64,000 nt of DNA from Lingula anatina (lineage: Eukaryota; Animalia; Brachiopoda). The DNA is taken from assembly GCA_051362555.1 (NCBI GenBank), contig CM120640.1:12400001-12464000 (forward strand), read 5' to 3'. Shown here piece after piece: positions 50,694-64,000 of this stretch. Every line of letters begins with the position of its first letter. The stretch's first letter is position 1. Under the pieces are notes generated by a model, which was not told the origin of the DNA, searched no databases, and saw only the letters and a program-made list of their open reading frames with translations. Position numbers and translations under genes: made by a program.

Positions 50694-53600
50694 ATGGCGA
50701 CGTCGGGAGCGAACTTGCAGCTAGACTCGGATGGTTTTCCACCATTTCGACTAAATGAATCAAGGTTTGACCAGGTAATGAATGCTTTACCTAGTGGGTG
50801 ATTGGAATAATTCTTAAGGAAAATCTAATAGGATATTTGCCTTATAGAAATGCTCGAAACAGAATAATCCTCGGTGTTCTTCCACCGGATAAATCAAGCG
50901 TATTGTCACTTTCAACCTGTTCGAGTGCTGATAACTAACTATTTAGAGCTTTTGCTGATACGAAATAAAGATAACCGAGGAATGCAACTTCGAATGATGG
51001 TTTCACGAAACTGCACCTGACATTAAGGTTAAATATCTAAAATGCTATATAGTTTTAAAAATTTTTAAATAAATTTTGCATTAATAACCCAACCCACCCT
51101 ACAATAATTTTAAACACACATTTATCATATTAATGTATTTTCTACATTTGTTTCAAAACTTGATTTACCAGAACACATTCTCTGGAAGACTGCGTCACTT
51201 TCTAGATGTTGTTGATCCAAAGACCCTATTTACATCAAATGTAAGTATTGTTCATACTGTGCTTTTAGACTCTTAATTCTGATAATATACAGTATAAAAT
51301 AAAATGCATTTACTTTACCTTAAAGGTATTTAAGTATGGTCACTGGTAATTAAGTATTTTCTTAACTATTATACTGTGTTTATCATATGTATACATCTTG
51401 TAGTGAAATTCTCTGTAGATATTTTTTGTATGTTGACACGTTTGAGAAGTTTGGCAATTAATGTACATGTACTAGTAAATGTACCTTGGTAATTATTATG
51501 TAAATGCATGCTCTTTTTTTCTGGTTAAGCCAAAATAGCTTGTCATACGCGTATATGAATGTATGTGCTCATATTTTCTTTTGTATCCACAAACCATCAT
51601 ATGATGGAGTATGGATATTTACCCATTGATCTCTAATATGTGTGGAATGTGTATGTACGTAGTATGGGTGCATCAGTAATGTGCATGGAAATTGTTGCAG
51701 TGTGTGTGTGTGTGATAATAAATATATTAATAAAAATACTTTACCTTATATATTGTCAGCATGTTGCCATATAATCAAACATTCTGGTTTCCAATTACTT
51801 TGCCATTGAACTGTTTGATGTGAATATTATGGGATGTTATTCTTATAATCATGTTTTATGCTTTTTTATAGCAACGTTTAAAGGAAAGTTGTCAGTTGCT
51901 GCAGGACTTTCAAAATGGCAAGCTACCTCCTAGTATTTCAAACAAAGAGTTATGGGAAGCACAAAAGATAAAGCAGGTACATGGATTATGAATTAGACAG
52001 AAAACATTTTATAAATTAAAAAATAGTGAATAAAAATGAGTAAATATGAAATAAAACTGATGCTTAATGTCTTTGAAACACATGGGTTATATACAGAAAA
52101 GATAAGAAAACATTACAGAGTTTTTTTTCAATAAAAATATAGATATCTAAAAAATAAACAATGAAATTAAAAAGTTTAACTGTTTGGAATAAACTAATTT
52201 TTTAAGTTCATCTAAGACAATGTGTACAATTTGTTGTTTTTATTTGTACATTTTCTTATTTTTGTAGGCAATTATCCATCCTGATACTGGTGAAAAAATA
52301 TTCATGCCATTTAGGATGTCTGGTATGGTTCATAAGGACTTAATACTATACTATTATCTGTTTTAATTATGGTACTGATTTTGATAATCTTTTCATAACA
52401 TTATTGTTTTTTGTTCTTAGTTTTGGGAAGGTTTAATATATTTTTGTGAATAAAACTAATTCATTTTTATCTTACTTAGTTATAACATTATTAACACATT
52501 TGAATTAGCTGTTTATTTCACATTCTTAGACTGTTTTGTTGTCATATTCTGTGTTTGTAGGTTTTGTTCCTTTTGGATCCCCAATTGTAAGTCCCCAAAA
52601 GTATGGAAATTACTCAATCTTTGCAATGAGCCAAAATTATCAAACTTTTAAACATAGAATTTTATAATCACAAAAATGGTATTTCTGTATAGCACTTGTG
52701 GTGCTTTTATTGCATAGAATAGAACTATATTAATTTTGTTGCTACCACTAGATATGTACGTTCTAATTTTAAGAAATTATGACTTAAAATTTACAGTATC
52801 TGTAAAAGTCACAATTTTCCAGCATTGAAAAGATTGAGTACCGTGTATAATTTGCTGCATTATTTTTTTAACATTGAATTATGTTCACCAAAGATGAGTT
52901 TTATATACACAGACATCACTGCTAAAGTGTCAGTTCCAGTAGAAAACTATATTTTTTGAATGAGGATGAAGGTACTGGTAAAGAAAAGAATGTATAACAT
53001 AGATCTTTTAATACATTCTTGGAAAATAGCATATAAGATTTACAGTTGTCTGTTTGTACTGGTGATACTAGATATTCTAGAATATCAGCATATTAAGTTG
53101 AAGATAATAAATATTATTTATCATTCAGGTTGTTGGTCTTCTCCTTCCCAATCCCACCATTAAAGCCACCATCTTCTGGCAGTGGCTGAATCAGAGTCAT
53201 AATGCCTGTGTTAACTACTCTAACAGAAATGCCACGAAGGTAAGACAACAAATATAGGCTGTGGCTAGGCTGTTAAAGGGGTAAATCCCTTTTAGATGTG
53301 GGATGGATGAAGGCTAAGTCAAACTTCTTGGATAAAACCAGGTCATGCTCTTCACCAAATAGCACACATTTGATGGAGCATTACATCATGCTAGGTCCTT
53401 ATCTTATAAATCATTATTTAATTATTATCAGTAGTAATAAAGTTTTCTGTTTTGTAAATGGCATATTGAATATAAAAGTTGTGAGTTGTTCATACAGAAC
53501 AGCCTGAATATTGTTTCTGATATATAACAGAATCAGCAGCTTAACTTATTTATGCATTCTTTGTGCAGTTCTGTCTATCCATGCTCACTGAGAACAATCT

Positions 53601-56600
53601 GTTGTGTTTATTGATTGCAGTGGCTAGTTACACACACAATAAACAACATAACTTAGCATATTTAGAATTGGAATGCTGGCAAACTTGTATAGTTTTGAAG
53701 AGAATGATAAAATGGGTGAACTGGTTTAATCTAAGAACAATTTGTGACACAATGATGGGGTAGTGAAGTAAAACGAATCAGTTAACTCACATTTTGATAA
53801 GTTCCAGTAAAATGTTTTTATCCCACTGCTGGCACTTAGAAAAAAAAAAGATAATTACACTTGTATTTCACTTACTGTATTTTTAATGTGCTTCACTGCA
53901 TTCTGAGTGAAATATGAGTGCAATCATCCTATTGTTTGAAGCACCAGCCATGGAATAAATTCATTACAACAACTTATCTTCCATTGTATGAGATGTCACA
54001 AGTGCTGATTATATCTTGGCTGCCCCTCGATATAATATATTGTATGTAGCATACGGTGGAAGACTCATGCTGTAACTGGAAGAACAATTAAAAGATTTTT
54101 TTAGACGAGGCAGATGTCTCAAAACATACCAAAGTGAATGTTTTGATTCATCTAGTTGTGAAGAGAAGAGAAAAGAAGAGCAAATGGCAAGAAGGTCGAA
54201 ACTTAGTGTTACTCATTTTTAGTAAGATCCAATCCAGATTCAATTTTTTCTCTTCTTAAGTTATCTAAAAACATACATTATAATTAGCTAAAAAGTTTGT
54301 TTCTTTTTCAGCCAACACCGATAAGTCGGTTCTTACTAGGATATGGTGCAGCTGTGGGTAGTGCAGTTACAATAGCGGTAAGATATAGAATAGCGGTAAG
54401 ATATAGATATAGAATATGTCATCATGCAAATACCACCATATACGTGTTACTGATTAACTTGACCTTCTCTACTTAAGAAATACTTAGATCCCTTTAACAT
54501 CTTTTTGGATTGAAATAGAATTTATTGTTCTATTTTCCCTTTTAAGCATAAATGTTGTTAATCTGTTATTTTAGAAAAATATAAATTTAGCTAAAAATCT
54601 TACACAGGTAAGTCTAGGAGTGATGATCAAAAGAGCAAATGCACTGACACCTTCCATGAAACTCCTCATCCAGAGATTTGTACCTTTTCCAGCAGTTGGT
54701 GAGTATATCGATATATATATATATTTTAAGTATAGAGATTTGATGTCAAGGTGACATTATTTATGCTCGTAATAAAAATGCACTCTATTAATGTTAAGAT
54801 GGTTAAGTATAAAGGTTTTTTAAACACCATTTTTTTATCATGGTAGTAAGAGATGGGCAATGCACAAATACATTTGAATCCAGACATATGATTAGATACT
54901 ATTAGATAGTATTTAAAAAAAGAGTTTGGGTAATAAAGGGAAAAACTCCACATGATGTATACCTGGCTTTAAAATGTACCAGTACATTGTCCCATTGGAG
55001 CAAGTCCACTGTAAACCGGGAGTGATTTTGCTTTAGTCTGGGTTAAATGATGGCAATATTCATCAATTGTGATAGAGAAGACGACATCATTGCCCAACCA
55101 ATTGTTACAGGTACCAGGTTGCACCTCTTTTAGGACAGATTTCATTGATGTTCATTGCACTTTGTTAAAGCAAGGCAGTGAAAAATTTAATCATAAGTTT
55201 TCACCATAAGCATGTTTGTTGATCTTGGTTATACTTTACCTGTTGTATATTTCTCCTCCAGCCACTGCCAGTGTATGCAATGTCATTTGTATGAGAAATA
55301 ATGAACTTTCTGAAGGTATTGAAGTTATGGACAAGGAAGGGAGGATAGTAGGAACATCTCAGATTGCTGCCAAGAAGGTAGTATATCATTTAGAAATAAT
55401 ACTGTAGGTTTAAGTTGAAAAATAGTTTGAAATTAAAAAAGGAGCAATTCCATTTATATTCCAACTGAACGCAGTGTCACAGACTACCTGAAAATAAAAA
55501 TGAATTTTTATGTTTTCAGCTATTTTAAACAGCTGTATTGCTTGAATTTATATTTTTTAGAAACAATTTATTTGCTGCAGGAGAAGAGTGGATTTCACTA
55601 AAGAAGAAACATTATATTTTATGTGATTTCTTCAGAAATAACTTTAAACTAAATTCCCTAAACATCTTATGTTTTTGAAGTTTGTTTAAAATATGCCATA
55701 ATGAACATGTGCCCCTATATAGCTCACCTGCGACTGAATATTGATTACCCCTATAGCAACCAAGTATAATATTTTATTAATATATGCTTTTATTTTGACA
55801 ATGGTACAGATAGTAAATACTATTATTTTGCTCATTCTTTTAATATTGAATAATTAAGAATATTATGTTTTCTGAATAATAATATATTTTGACAAATGAT
55901 AGGTGGAAGTTAGTCCTTAGTGTTGTAACATATGGTACAGAATTCCATCTTTTCTTTCCTCATGTATCACAATAAAAATACATTAAATGACACACTTTGA
56001 ATCTAGAGTGTATTTTATTTGTTTGTTTTACCATGTGTTCTGTCTTTCTCACTGTCATTAAAACTCATGCATTCAAATGAGAACAACTTATAGCTCATTA
56101 AAGTTTTAATTGATAGTTTAATTAGCTCATAATATGGGGATTAGCTTTGATGTTTTGTTGCTACATGCAACTAACTTCCCCTTTCCTTTGATCTTATTTT
56201 ATTAGCCATTGTTAAATTGTTAGTGCTTTTTTAGGGACAGGTAGATGCTGGTGTTAATACTGTTCATTTTTTCTTTGATCTCTTTTATGAAATGAAAAGC
56301 CACGTGAGAACCCTGCTATCTTTTTTTATGAATAATATAAACACTTATGAAACTTATGTCATCATGTGAAGTTATATACATCTTGGTTATATCTTATTTC
56401 TTTTACCAACCACAAAAATATCAATTTTGCAAGCTTTAAAGACAAGGTCAGAAAGAACAAGGGATGTTATTGTTTATCTCCATTTGATGCTATGTTCCTG
56501 GTAAAGTCATGGAGCGTTGGGATATTTGAGTGCTTCCAGGCCACACCAGGCTGTAGGTAATGTAATCCTAGTCTGGCAAGAATTCATGGTTTATAAGATA

Positions 56601-59600
56601 GTGAATAACAATTGAATATAACTGTATCTTAACTGTTGTAGGTGTTAGGCTGGTCTAAGGAGTTATTCAAGAGAAAAAGTGGTTATCTTTTCAGTGATTT
56701 CAGTGATATTGTCTGGAGGAAAAAAGGAGGTCAGAGATTAAGAGAATGTTAATTCAAAACTCTCGTAGAACATAATTTGTTATCATGGCCCATGCTATTT
56801 CTCACAGATTAAGGTATGAAAAACATGAACACATACTGGTCATTAGGCAACCTGACTGTTAATTAATATTATTATAAAATAATGATATATTTGTTTTAAA
56901 GCTTATCTCAAAATAAAAAGATGTTCATGCATAAAGAAACCTCAGATATATGTAAATATAAAGGGCATGGAATAGACTGTCCTTTAGCATAATAACAGAT
57001 TGGATTTTTTAAAGAGTTATATCACTGAAAAAGATATGTCTTTAGTTCTGTTTTGAATTTTGTTCAATCTTCCTTAGATATATTGGAAAGTAGTTTCATT
57101 TGGTTCAGGCTGCTATTTTGTAGGAATTATCATCAGATAATCGGTCATGCTACAAGTTTTAAGATGTTCAACTGAATGGAGTTTGCATGGAGGTGTATAA
57201 TGTGAAGCCAGTATATTCAAGTAGGAGGGTGTAAGCTCATAAAATTCTGTATGTACAAACACTAAAAGTTTGCATGCTTACACAGGTAGCCAATTCAACA
57301 TAACTGGAACAGGAGTGATTGTCTTTTAGTATAAGGGTCAGTAGACTATTTGATATCTTCTGTATATGTTGATAGTTGTTGTGTGCTTGTGTCCAAGTAG
57401 TCAGTGATACATGTGCTGTGAGCCTGTCTTATCAGACACAATGTAATGAAGGAACATGTCTAAACCTCCTATTTATAGAAAAATCCCTTCAATAATGTGG
57501 TGACCATAAGTGATTAATATCTGATTGGCCTGGAAACAGCTTTATTCTTTTTTTTTTATAATCGTTATAGTAGGGTTTTTACATGTATATTTTCTATCTA
57601 TCTATCTATCTATCTCTATAGATGTATCTATCTATCATTTATGTAGTATGTCTGACCCCATAAAACTAGAATTTTTCATTGTATGTATAAACATCCATAT
57701 GACTCTGTTACCTGTTGATTAATAGGTATGTGAAGTTTTTGTGTTATTTTGGTTAAGTTTTGGAATATTTGTGTTATTTTGTCAGATATTCTAGTTTCAG
57801 GCTCTATATGAGACAACTGTCCAAGAACAGTTTAATTTTTAATCAAACTATAATTTTAACTATTTTTGATTTTATTTTATTACTCTTGTTAAAGAAAATG
57901 CCATTATATCTTCTTTGAGATAGTCATATCCAAGCCTGATAACCTGTTAAGTTATTTTTTTTTAATTCTTATTTCTATTTTGCTTTTTCTTAATAATAAA
58001 AATGTGATATTTTCAGGTCCTCCTTCAGGCAGCAAGAACAAGGTTTATGATGCATAGTGGTTAAGTGATAAGTTTTGAAATTTTATTTCTATTGTGATTT
58101 ATGAAATTGAATATTTCCAGGCCCTCCTTGAGACGGCTATGACAAGGGCTGTGTTACCTGCCCCTATCCTCATTATACCACCTGTTGTTATGACACAGTT
58201 AGAAAAGTGAGTGATTTAACATCGAGTATTCAATGATAGATAATATAAAGAGGCAGGTAGTGTGAAATATAGAAAAAAATTTTGATTTGAGCAGCATTTT
58301 AAAAAATCCCTATGGTTCATTCATAAATTGATATAATTTTTCTCAGATGAAATGATGTAATAAAGATATAACTTAGGATGACATTGGTGACAAGGGGACG
58401 AGTCTATAATTTCAACTTTACCTGTGTTCCCTGCAAATATTTGGGTTGTTCCTTGTCAAAATGTTTGTCAAAAAGATTTTCTGCTTGTCCACTTTAGAAC
58501 ACTACTTCTTGAACCTGTCACAGCCATAGTGGAAATAAGCCATCTTATTATCAAGTGGTTAGGATTCCAAATTACTTGATAAATAGGTGTGCTTTTGAAT
58601 TTCACAAAAGAATTTGTAAGAAAAAGGGTCTTATTATGATAGCAACATTTTTTTCTATTGAACTTCCTTAGGCACTCTATCACAAAACTATTTTCCCTTT
58701 CAAATATGCCTCGACATCACCATTAGTTTTTCCCATTGAAATAAGAAAAAAATAATAAAAGTCAGTATCCCTTTCATAAACATGGTGTTTTATTTTCACC
58801 ATGATTAAGTACAAGTTGTCAAACACACAGGTGTTGCTGCTGGAGGGGAAAAGTCGGCTTGAATCGCGGGCAATTTGCTACAAAAAATTAACTCTGAGAT
58901 ATAGCATCAAAATGTACGAGAAAAGTGAATATAAAAAAAGAAACATGATAATTTCAGACATTTTTTATCTCGAGGACATTGTATCAAAATATACAAGAAA
59001 GCATAGAAGGAGAAGAGACATTGTAATTTCTGAAAAAGTAAATTAGCCTGGAAACATGTTTTCAAATTGAACAAGAAAATTAAGTGGAAAAGGTACATGG
59101 TAATTTTTCACAGATAAGTTAGCTTTAGGATATCTTTAGTATATAGATTGAATAGGAAAAATAATCATTATCATGAAAAGTGTGTTGCTTTGGGGACTTT
59201 ACTTCTATTTGATGTGCATGAAAAAAACTTGTCTCATTGTGTAAGATGTTGCTTGTGTCTGTGAAAGAGCAATCTAATATATCTAAGGTTTGTTTGACAT
59301 GTCCATGGCTGTGGACCTCTTCATTATTGTCATATTTTAATAGTATGGTGGACAATTTAGGTGGATTTTGAGAGTGATGTTGTATATCACATTACCAAAG
59401 ATAAATTCAATTTAACACACACTAATCTGACAAAGCAGAAATTTGATTTTAATAAGGTGGTTGAAGTCAAATTTTCAAAATTAATATTACAAACTACAAA
59501 CCTTTTTTCCATATTTTTGATTGGTTTTTGTAATCCATTATTCAGTTCCACGGTTACTGGAAAAAATGCACTTGGTCTGTTGTTCAAAAGGTCTATTCAC

Positions 59601-60191
59601 TTTATCATGAGGAGGCGTCTGTGGCCTGGAGGACTGTGTCCTATTTTATAGATGGCAATAACCCCCAGTTTTATCTGCTTTTAAGGTGCCCAAAGTCTTT
59701 AAACTGACATTTTGCAGAACATCAACCTTATGCAGATAACAGGATGTTTCAAGTCCTTTAACTCAGTGTTAACATTGTTTGATATGAATCTTTTACTTTG
59801 TTTTTTTATCTGGTGATGATTAAAATAGTAGCTTCTTTTCTCTAGAATAAATTTTATTTTGGTAACTCATTGACATGTTTATGCCATACATTGACAGTGA
59901 AGATATTAAAATTAAATGTAATTCTCAAAACTATGGCATGCTAGAGCAGAATTCTATATTCTTTATAGAAAAGTTTTATTCAGTTTATAATCAGCATTGC
60001 ATATGCATTGAAAGTACAGTAATCAACTGTCCAGTCGTTTCAGTAGTTAACAATTTAATTTATTTTATTTCAGGACTAAGTTTCTCCAGACTCGTCCAAG
60101 ATTTCACTTACCCATTCATGCTGCAGTAGTAACTGCCTGTTTTGGATTTGCCTTGCCTGTTGCCATTGCCTTGTTCCCACAGTTTTCCCAG
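50694..60191 (+). CDS. SFXN5: Sideroflexin-5 (mitochondrial inner-membrane transporter); last coding exon not in window. Exons: 50694-50774, 51172-51240, 51872-51976, 52268-52322, 52561-52586, 53129-53239, 54312-54377, 54608-54698, 55262-55377, 58121-58206, 60074-60191
   Basis: Phase-consistent exons give ...[32 protein letters not shown]...[43 protein letters not shown]...[23 protein letters not shown]...[34 protein letters not shown]...[21 protein letters not shown]...[24 protein letters not shown] and RFVPFPAV are SFXN5-type. The terminal ..NKGL exon was not found before 64000. Confidence 0.94.
57791..58043 (+). pseudogene. Two degenerate duplicates of the SFXN5 exon-10 acceptor and 5' end (57801-57832, 58017-58043)
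   Basis: ttcAG|GCTCTATATGAGACAACT (ALYETT) and ttcAG|GTCCTCCTTCAGGCAGCAAGAACAAGG (VLLQAARTR) versus the real ccAG|GCCCTCCTTGAGACGGCTATGACAAGG (ALLETAMTR). Confidence 0.55.
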
Positions 60192-62484
60192 GTAAATCAA
60201 TCTCTTATTTTTGTGGTCAAATGTAGGCCAAAATGTGCCCATTTCAGTTGAATAGTCTAACTGACCCTTAATATTTGTAATGAAATGATAGAAATTGAAC
60301 TACAAACATTTTTTGGTCAGGTGTGAAAAAAACACTATAATCTAAAATAAAAAAACACTAATATGAAAAAGGAAAAGAAAGCTTATGCCATTGAATAAAG
60401 GTATAAAAAGAATAGAAGGGAAAAGTGCCCTTTAAAAATGTGATAATCATATGACTTCCATTCTAGAAGGGCATTGTAACCTAGCTACTCAGCTCATTTA
60501 CACCATCTTTTTCAGAATTTGTGTTTCGAAATGTCTTAATTCTTGGCATAATGGCATCTCTGTAACTGGATAAGGATAGACAAAAATATAGTTGTTCAAA
60601 CAAACATGTGCCCATAAACACACAGCAAGTTGAAACTCTCTGTATTGTTAGTGTCATTGTGGTGAACAGTAAACCATAGCCCATTAAACCAATACTATAC
60701 ATCCAATCACTGGAGGCTGGCAATTGTTACAGTGACAAGGGAGACTTTGCCAGTTTTTGTGAAAAGCTGCGATAACACGAGGTTGCCATTAATATCCTCA
60801 TCAATTCTACAGTCGTGTTAAATGCTGACAGGATTTTTTTACCATTTAATGAAGAAAAGAATGGGTGCTTCTCACACCATTAGCCGGGAATGAATGGGGA
60901 ATGAGGCAATTCCAGTCAGAGATGATGAAGTTTTTAAAGGCTTGTCATCGTTGCATGCAGCAACACTGGATTGCTCTCCATTACACCCCATTATGTGTCA
61001 TTATCAGGAGCAACAGAGCACTGGAAATGACAAAAAAAGGTTTTTTATATATTTTTGTGCCATGGGGTTTCATGAGGAGGTCTCAGTAAACTGACATGTT
61101 AGTTTTTACAGGATGTTTGCATGTATAAAATTTTTTCACAGGTTGCTACAGCTACACTTTATTTCATATTTCACACAACACATTTTTAAAAGTATTAACT
61201 GCTTTCTAAAATACGCAGAATGTTAACTGATTTTTTTTACTTCATAAATGTGTTGTATTTTCTTTAATGAGTGCACATCTTGAAGACTTTATAATATCAT
61301 TTAGTTTGAACACAAGAAGATTGACATGATACCATATCAAATAATTTGACTTTTCATATATGAGTTAGGGAAGACTTTATAATCTACTGGGCATAGCTTG
61401 GAGAACACTGAAAGAGAACATGGATGAATGTTGTTTGGTTCATTTCTGAAATTAGACTTGAAAACTTGAACCTCAAACACCGCTATCCTAAAGATTACTG
61501 TACATCATATGTTGTATTTAATTATTGAGGAAAAAATGACAATAAAGTTCCATCATCATAACTTGAGAAATTCCAAAAAAGTAATATCTGGTCACAAAAC
61601 AAATAAAGAAAGAAAAATTTGTCACCATGGTGTTGTATTTGAAAGCATGCGTCATTATAATAAGTCAGAGCTACTTGTTGTAGCAGAATATCTGCTGTCT
61701 ATTTAACTTTTGTAGTACTGACAGTTAAATTTCCCCATGAAAACCCTCCTATTTGACAAGAGAAACATATCAATGACAGTGGAGTGGATAGTTAATGTTG
61801 GTATTTATTCTTTAAGTATGAGAAGTCCCACACCTGCTGTGCTTATAGTCAGTTCATGCTTACCATCAAAGTGGAATAAAATAAGGGTAATTGTCGTGAA
61901 AAACACAAATAAATTTGATAGCTTAATTTTGATTGATCATTGAACTTATTTTTTTTCGTCACCATAATCGACCTTGTTGCAGGAAAACATCTTCTCTTTT
62001 AACCAGTTTATTGTTGCTGTCTTTTTTCTTAAAACTGCATACCAGGAGGTATTATGAATGAAAAAAGGTTTTTATCCTTTAGAAATTATGAGTTTATTTG
62101 TCATGAATTCTGGCATGAAGTATTAATTTTCAGCACATTAAGCAATTATGATGCAGTTATGATATCCAAATGCATGATGAACTGCCATAACATTATTGTC
62201 AGGCTTGTGTAACTTGCAGTGTCATGAGTGACGCTGGTGGTAATCACTGATACTTGATCCATACATGATGTATAAATTGATGCACTGTGACTCCAAATTA
62301 TGACAGAATCAGGTTTACCTCTATCAGTTTTGCTTGATCCACATAAGTAATTTAGACTTAAAAAACAACCATGAATATTGATTCAAAAAAAAAAAAAAAA
62401 AAAAAAAGAAAGAAATAGACAGAAGGTATGCTACAGGTGCTATTTTAAAAAGGAAAACTGTGAGAAATAGATGGGTTGTTTTAT

Positions 62485-62528
62485 ATCAGTAATTAGATTT
62501 GTTTGAATCAGTAATTAGATTTGTTTGA
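62485..62528. repeat. 22-bp perfect tandem duplication ATCAGTAATTAGATTTGTTTGA x2
   Basis: Directly visible. Confidence 0.9.
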
Positions 62529-64000
62529 ACATACATTGACATATACTGTTTCATCCCAGTTAATTATCCATATCCAGTACAGGTTGATGATGACCTCTTG
62601 TGATACATGTATATGTGAGGTAGCCCATGTTGCTAAATCTAGCATAAATACATTAATACTTGCATACTGGTACATACATTGCATTGATTAAATTTCTCTT
62701 GTTCAGTACAAAAGATAACATCCATGATGGTACATCTATGTACTTCATGTTAATTTCCCTGTTCCATCATGGTACAAGTCTGGTCAACTTAATGAAATGA
62801 AATTAGAGCATTCAATCTTTGCTGTGGTTTATACATAATTGCCAGGATATGATAATTTGGTCACCTCAGTGTGCATGTTTGGCCTGATTTGGTCTTTGAA
62901 CTATAGAGTTAAGGCTGCTTATTTACTGGTAGATTATGACTAAGCTGTGACAGTTTTACACTTATTGATGTTTCATCTCTTCATCAACTGATGATGGTTT
63001 TGTAACATTCACAGGAAAACTTTTTGATGAGGATGAGGAATTTTTAAAATTAGTTTTGATGATCAATACTGTTTCATTTTACATCTGATTTGTTTTATTT
63101 TTCATAAATAATTTTTCAGTAATAACACTTACTTCAGTTAAATATTGAATTCTACTTTTTTTTTTTGCAAGAATTCGTTGTTTTATTAATATCACACAGG
63201 AGCAGATTGATGAGATAAACACATATCTTACATATCTTTATATGTGCTCACTTATTGTTAAAAATGTTCATTTATGTACTGGGAGGTGCCAGATTGAAGA
63301 ATCCTGAATGGCCATCAGACCTTGTATCAGACATTGTAACTATGGGTTATTTAAATGTCTCTGAAGTTTATTACTGACTCTGGATGTCACTTTCCATCAC
63401 CTGTATAAAAGGTCTTATTTCCCTAGAACAGGTGAAGGTGGCTCTTGGCCTATTACTGTCACTCACTCCCCCAGGGTTACCTCATCAACATGATCACTGG
63501 TTATGCAATGTTCACATACAGGTGAATGGGTTCATACTCATCAGGAATATCTCTGCGTTTGTTAGGTAAAAAACTGTGTGTGAGTTTCTGTGGTATCGAA
63601 GAGACAGAATGAAGGTTGGTGCTTGAAAACTAATACAGAATTCTTGTTTTCATCTGTTTGAAAACTGTCATTTAAAGATTCCCTTTACCTGCTTGCTTAA
63701 GTTCAGTTAAGATATATCAAAATTATATGAAAGACTTCTTGTTCAATAATATGGAGATTGATATGTGCATTAAAAAAGAAATATTTAAAGCTAAAAGTGT
63801 CCATATGTATAAGACTTTTGGTTCCTACAAAAAGTATGCTTCATCAAAAACTCTTAAAATTTTATTTTGGCACATTTCCTTTTTAAATCTATTAAAACAG
63901 TGTGACTTTCAACATTAGAAAATTAATGACAGATAAGGATTTTGCTTAAAAGCATACAGTTTAATTTTTTTCTGTATCCCTTATCCTCTTGTAGTTCCTC

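Noticed and set aside
56539-56556. 18-nt AG/GT-bounded segment ending in TAG in SFXN5 intron 9 (possible poison micro-exon)
   Set aside because: The pyrimidine tract is short, and such matches are expected by chance in a 2.7-kb intron.
253-63918. Most short ORFs in the supplied track (e.g. 16213-16596, 25079-25501, 35150-35536, 42557-42835, 43621-43935)
   Set aside because: They are antisense shadows of real exons, microsatellite translations or chance ORFs in AT-rich DNA, with no recognisable domains or splice support.
1-64000. Prokaryotic-type systems (CRISPR arrays, operons, IS elements), tRNA or rRNA genes, autonomous transposon ORFs
   Set aside because: The sequence is spliceosomal-intron-rich animal DNA. 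No repeat-spacer array, tRNA cloverleaf, rRNA motif or transposase/RT frame was seen.

Overview
AT-rich, intron-containing animal genomic DNA (invertebrate bilaterian, probably lophotrochozoan; inference from intron density and mosaic CpG depletion). Gene order: 3' part of RNF220 (+), a U4 snRNA gene (+), a complete alpha-catenin gene (-), a palindromic Harbinger/PIF-type MITE, LYAR (+), two convergent Not/Noto homeobox paralogs (+ and -) flanking about 14 kb of CpG-retaining non-coding DNA, and SFXN5 (+, last exon outside the window). The most striking feature is in alpha-catenin: the exon encoding the main F-actin-contacting helix of the actin-binding domain is triplicated (three intact, divergent, phase 0-0 copies). 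The surrounding introns contain overlapping complementary elements that could loop out individual copies, plus Rbfox/QKI-type motifs. This is a candidate RNA-structure-controlled mutually exclusive splicing switch for cadherin-actin coupling. Other notable items: a local gene-conversion-like tract and a shared intronic element between the Not paralogs, candidate micro-exons in alpha-catenin intron 7, and splice-site oddities in SFXN5. All gene models were built by eye from translation and GT-AG sites, with no database search.
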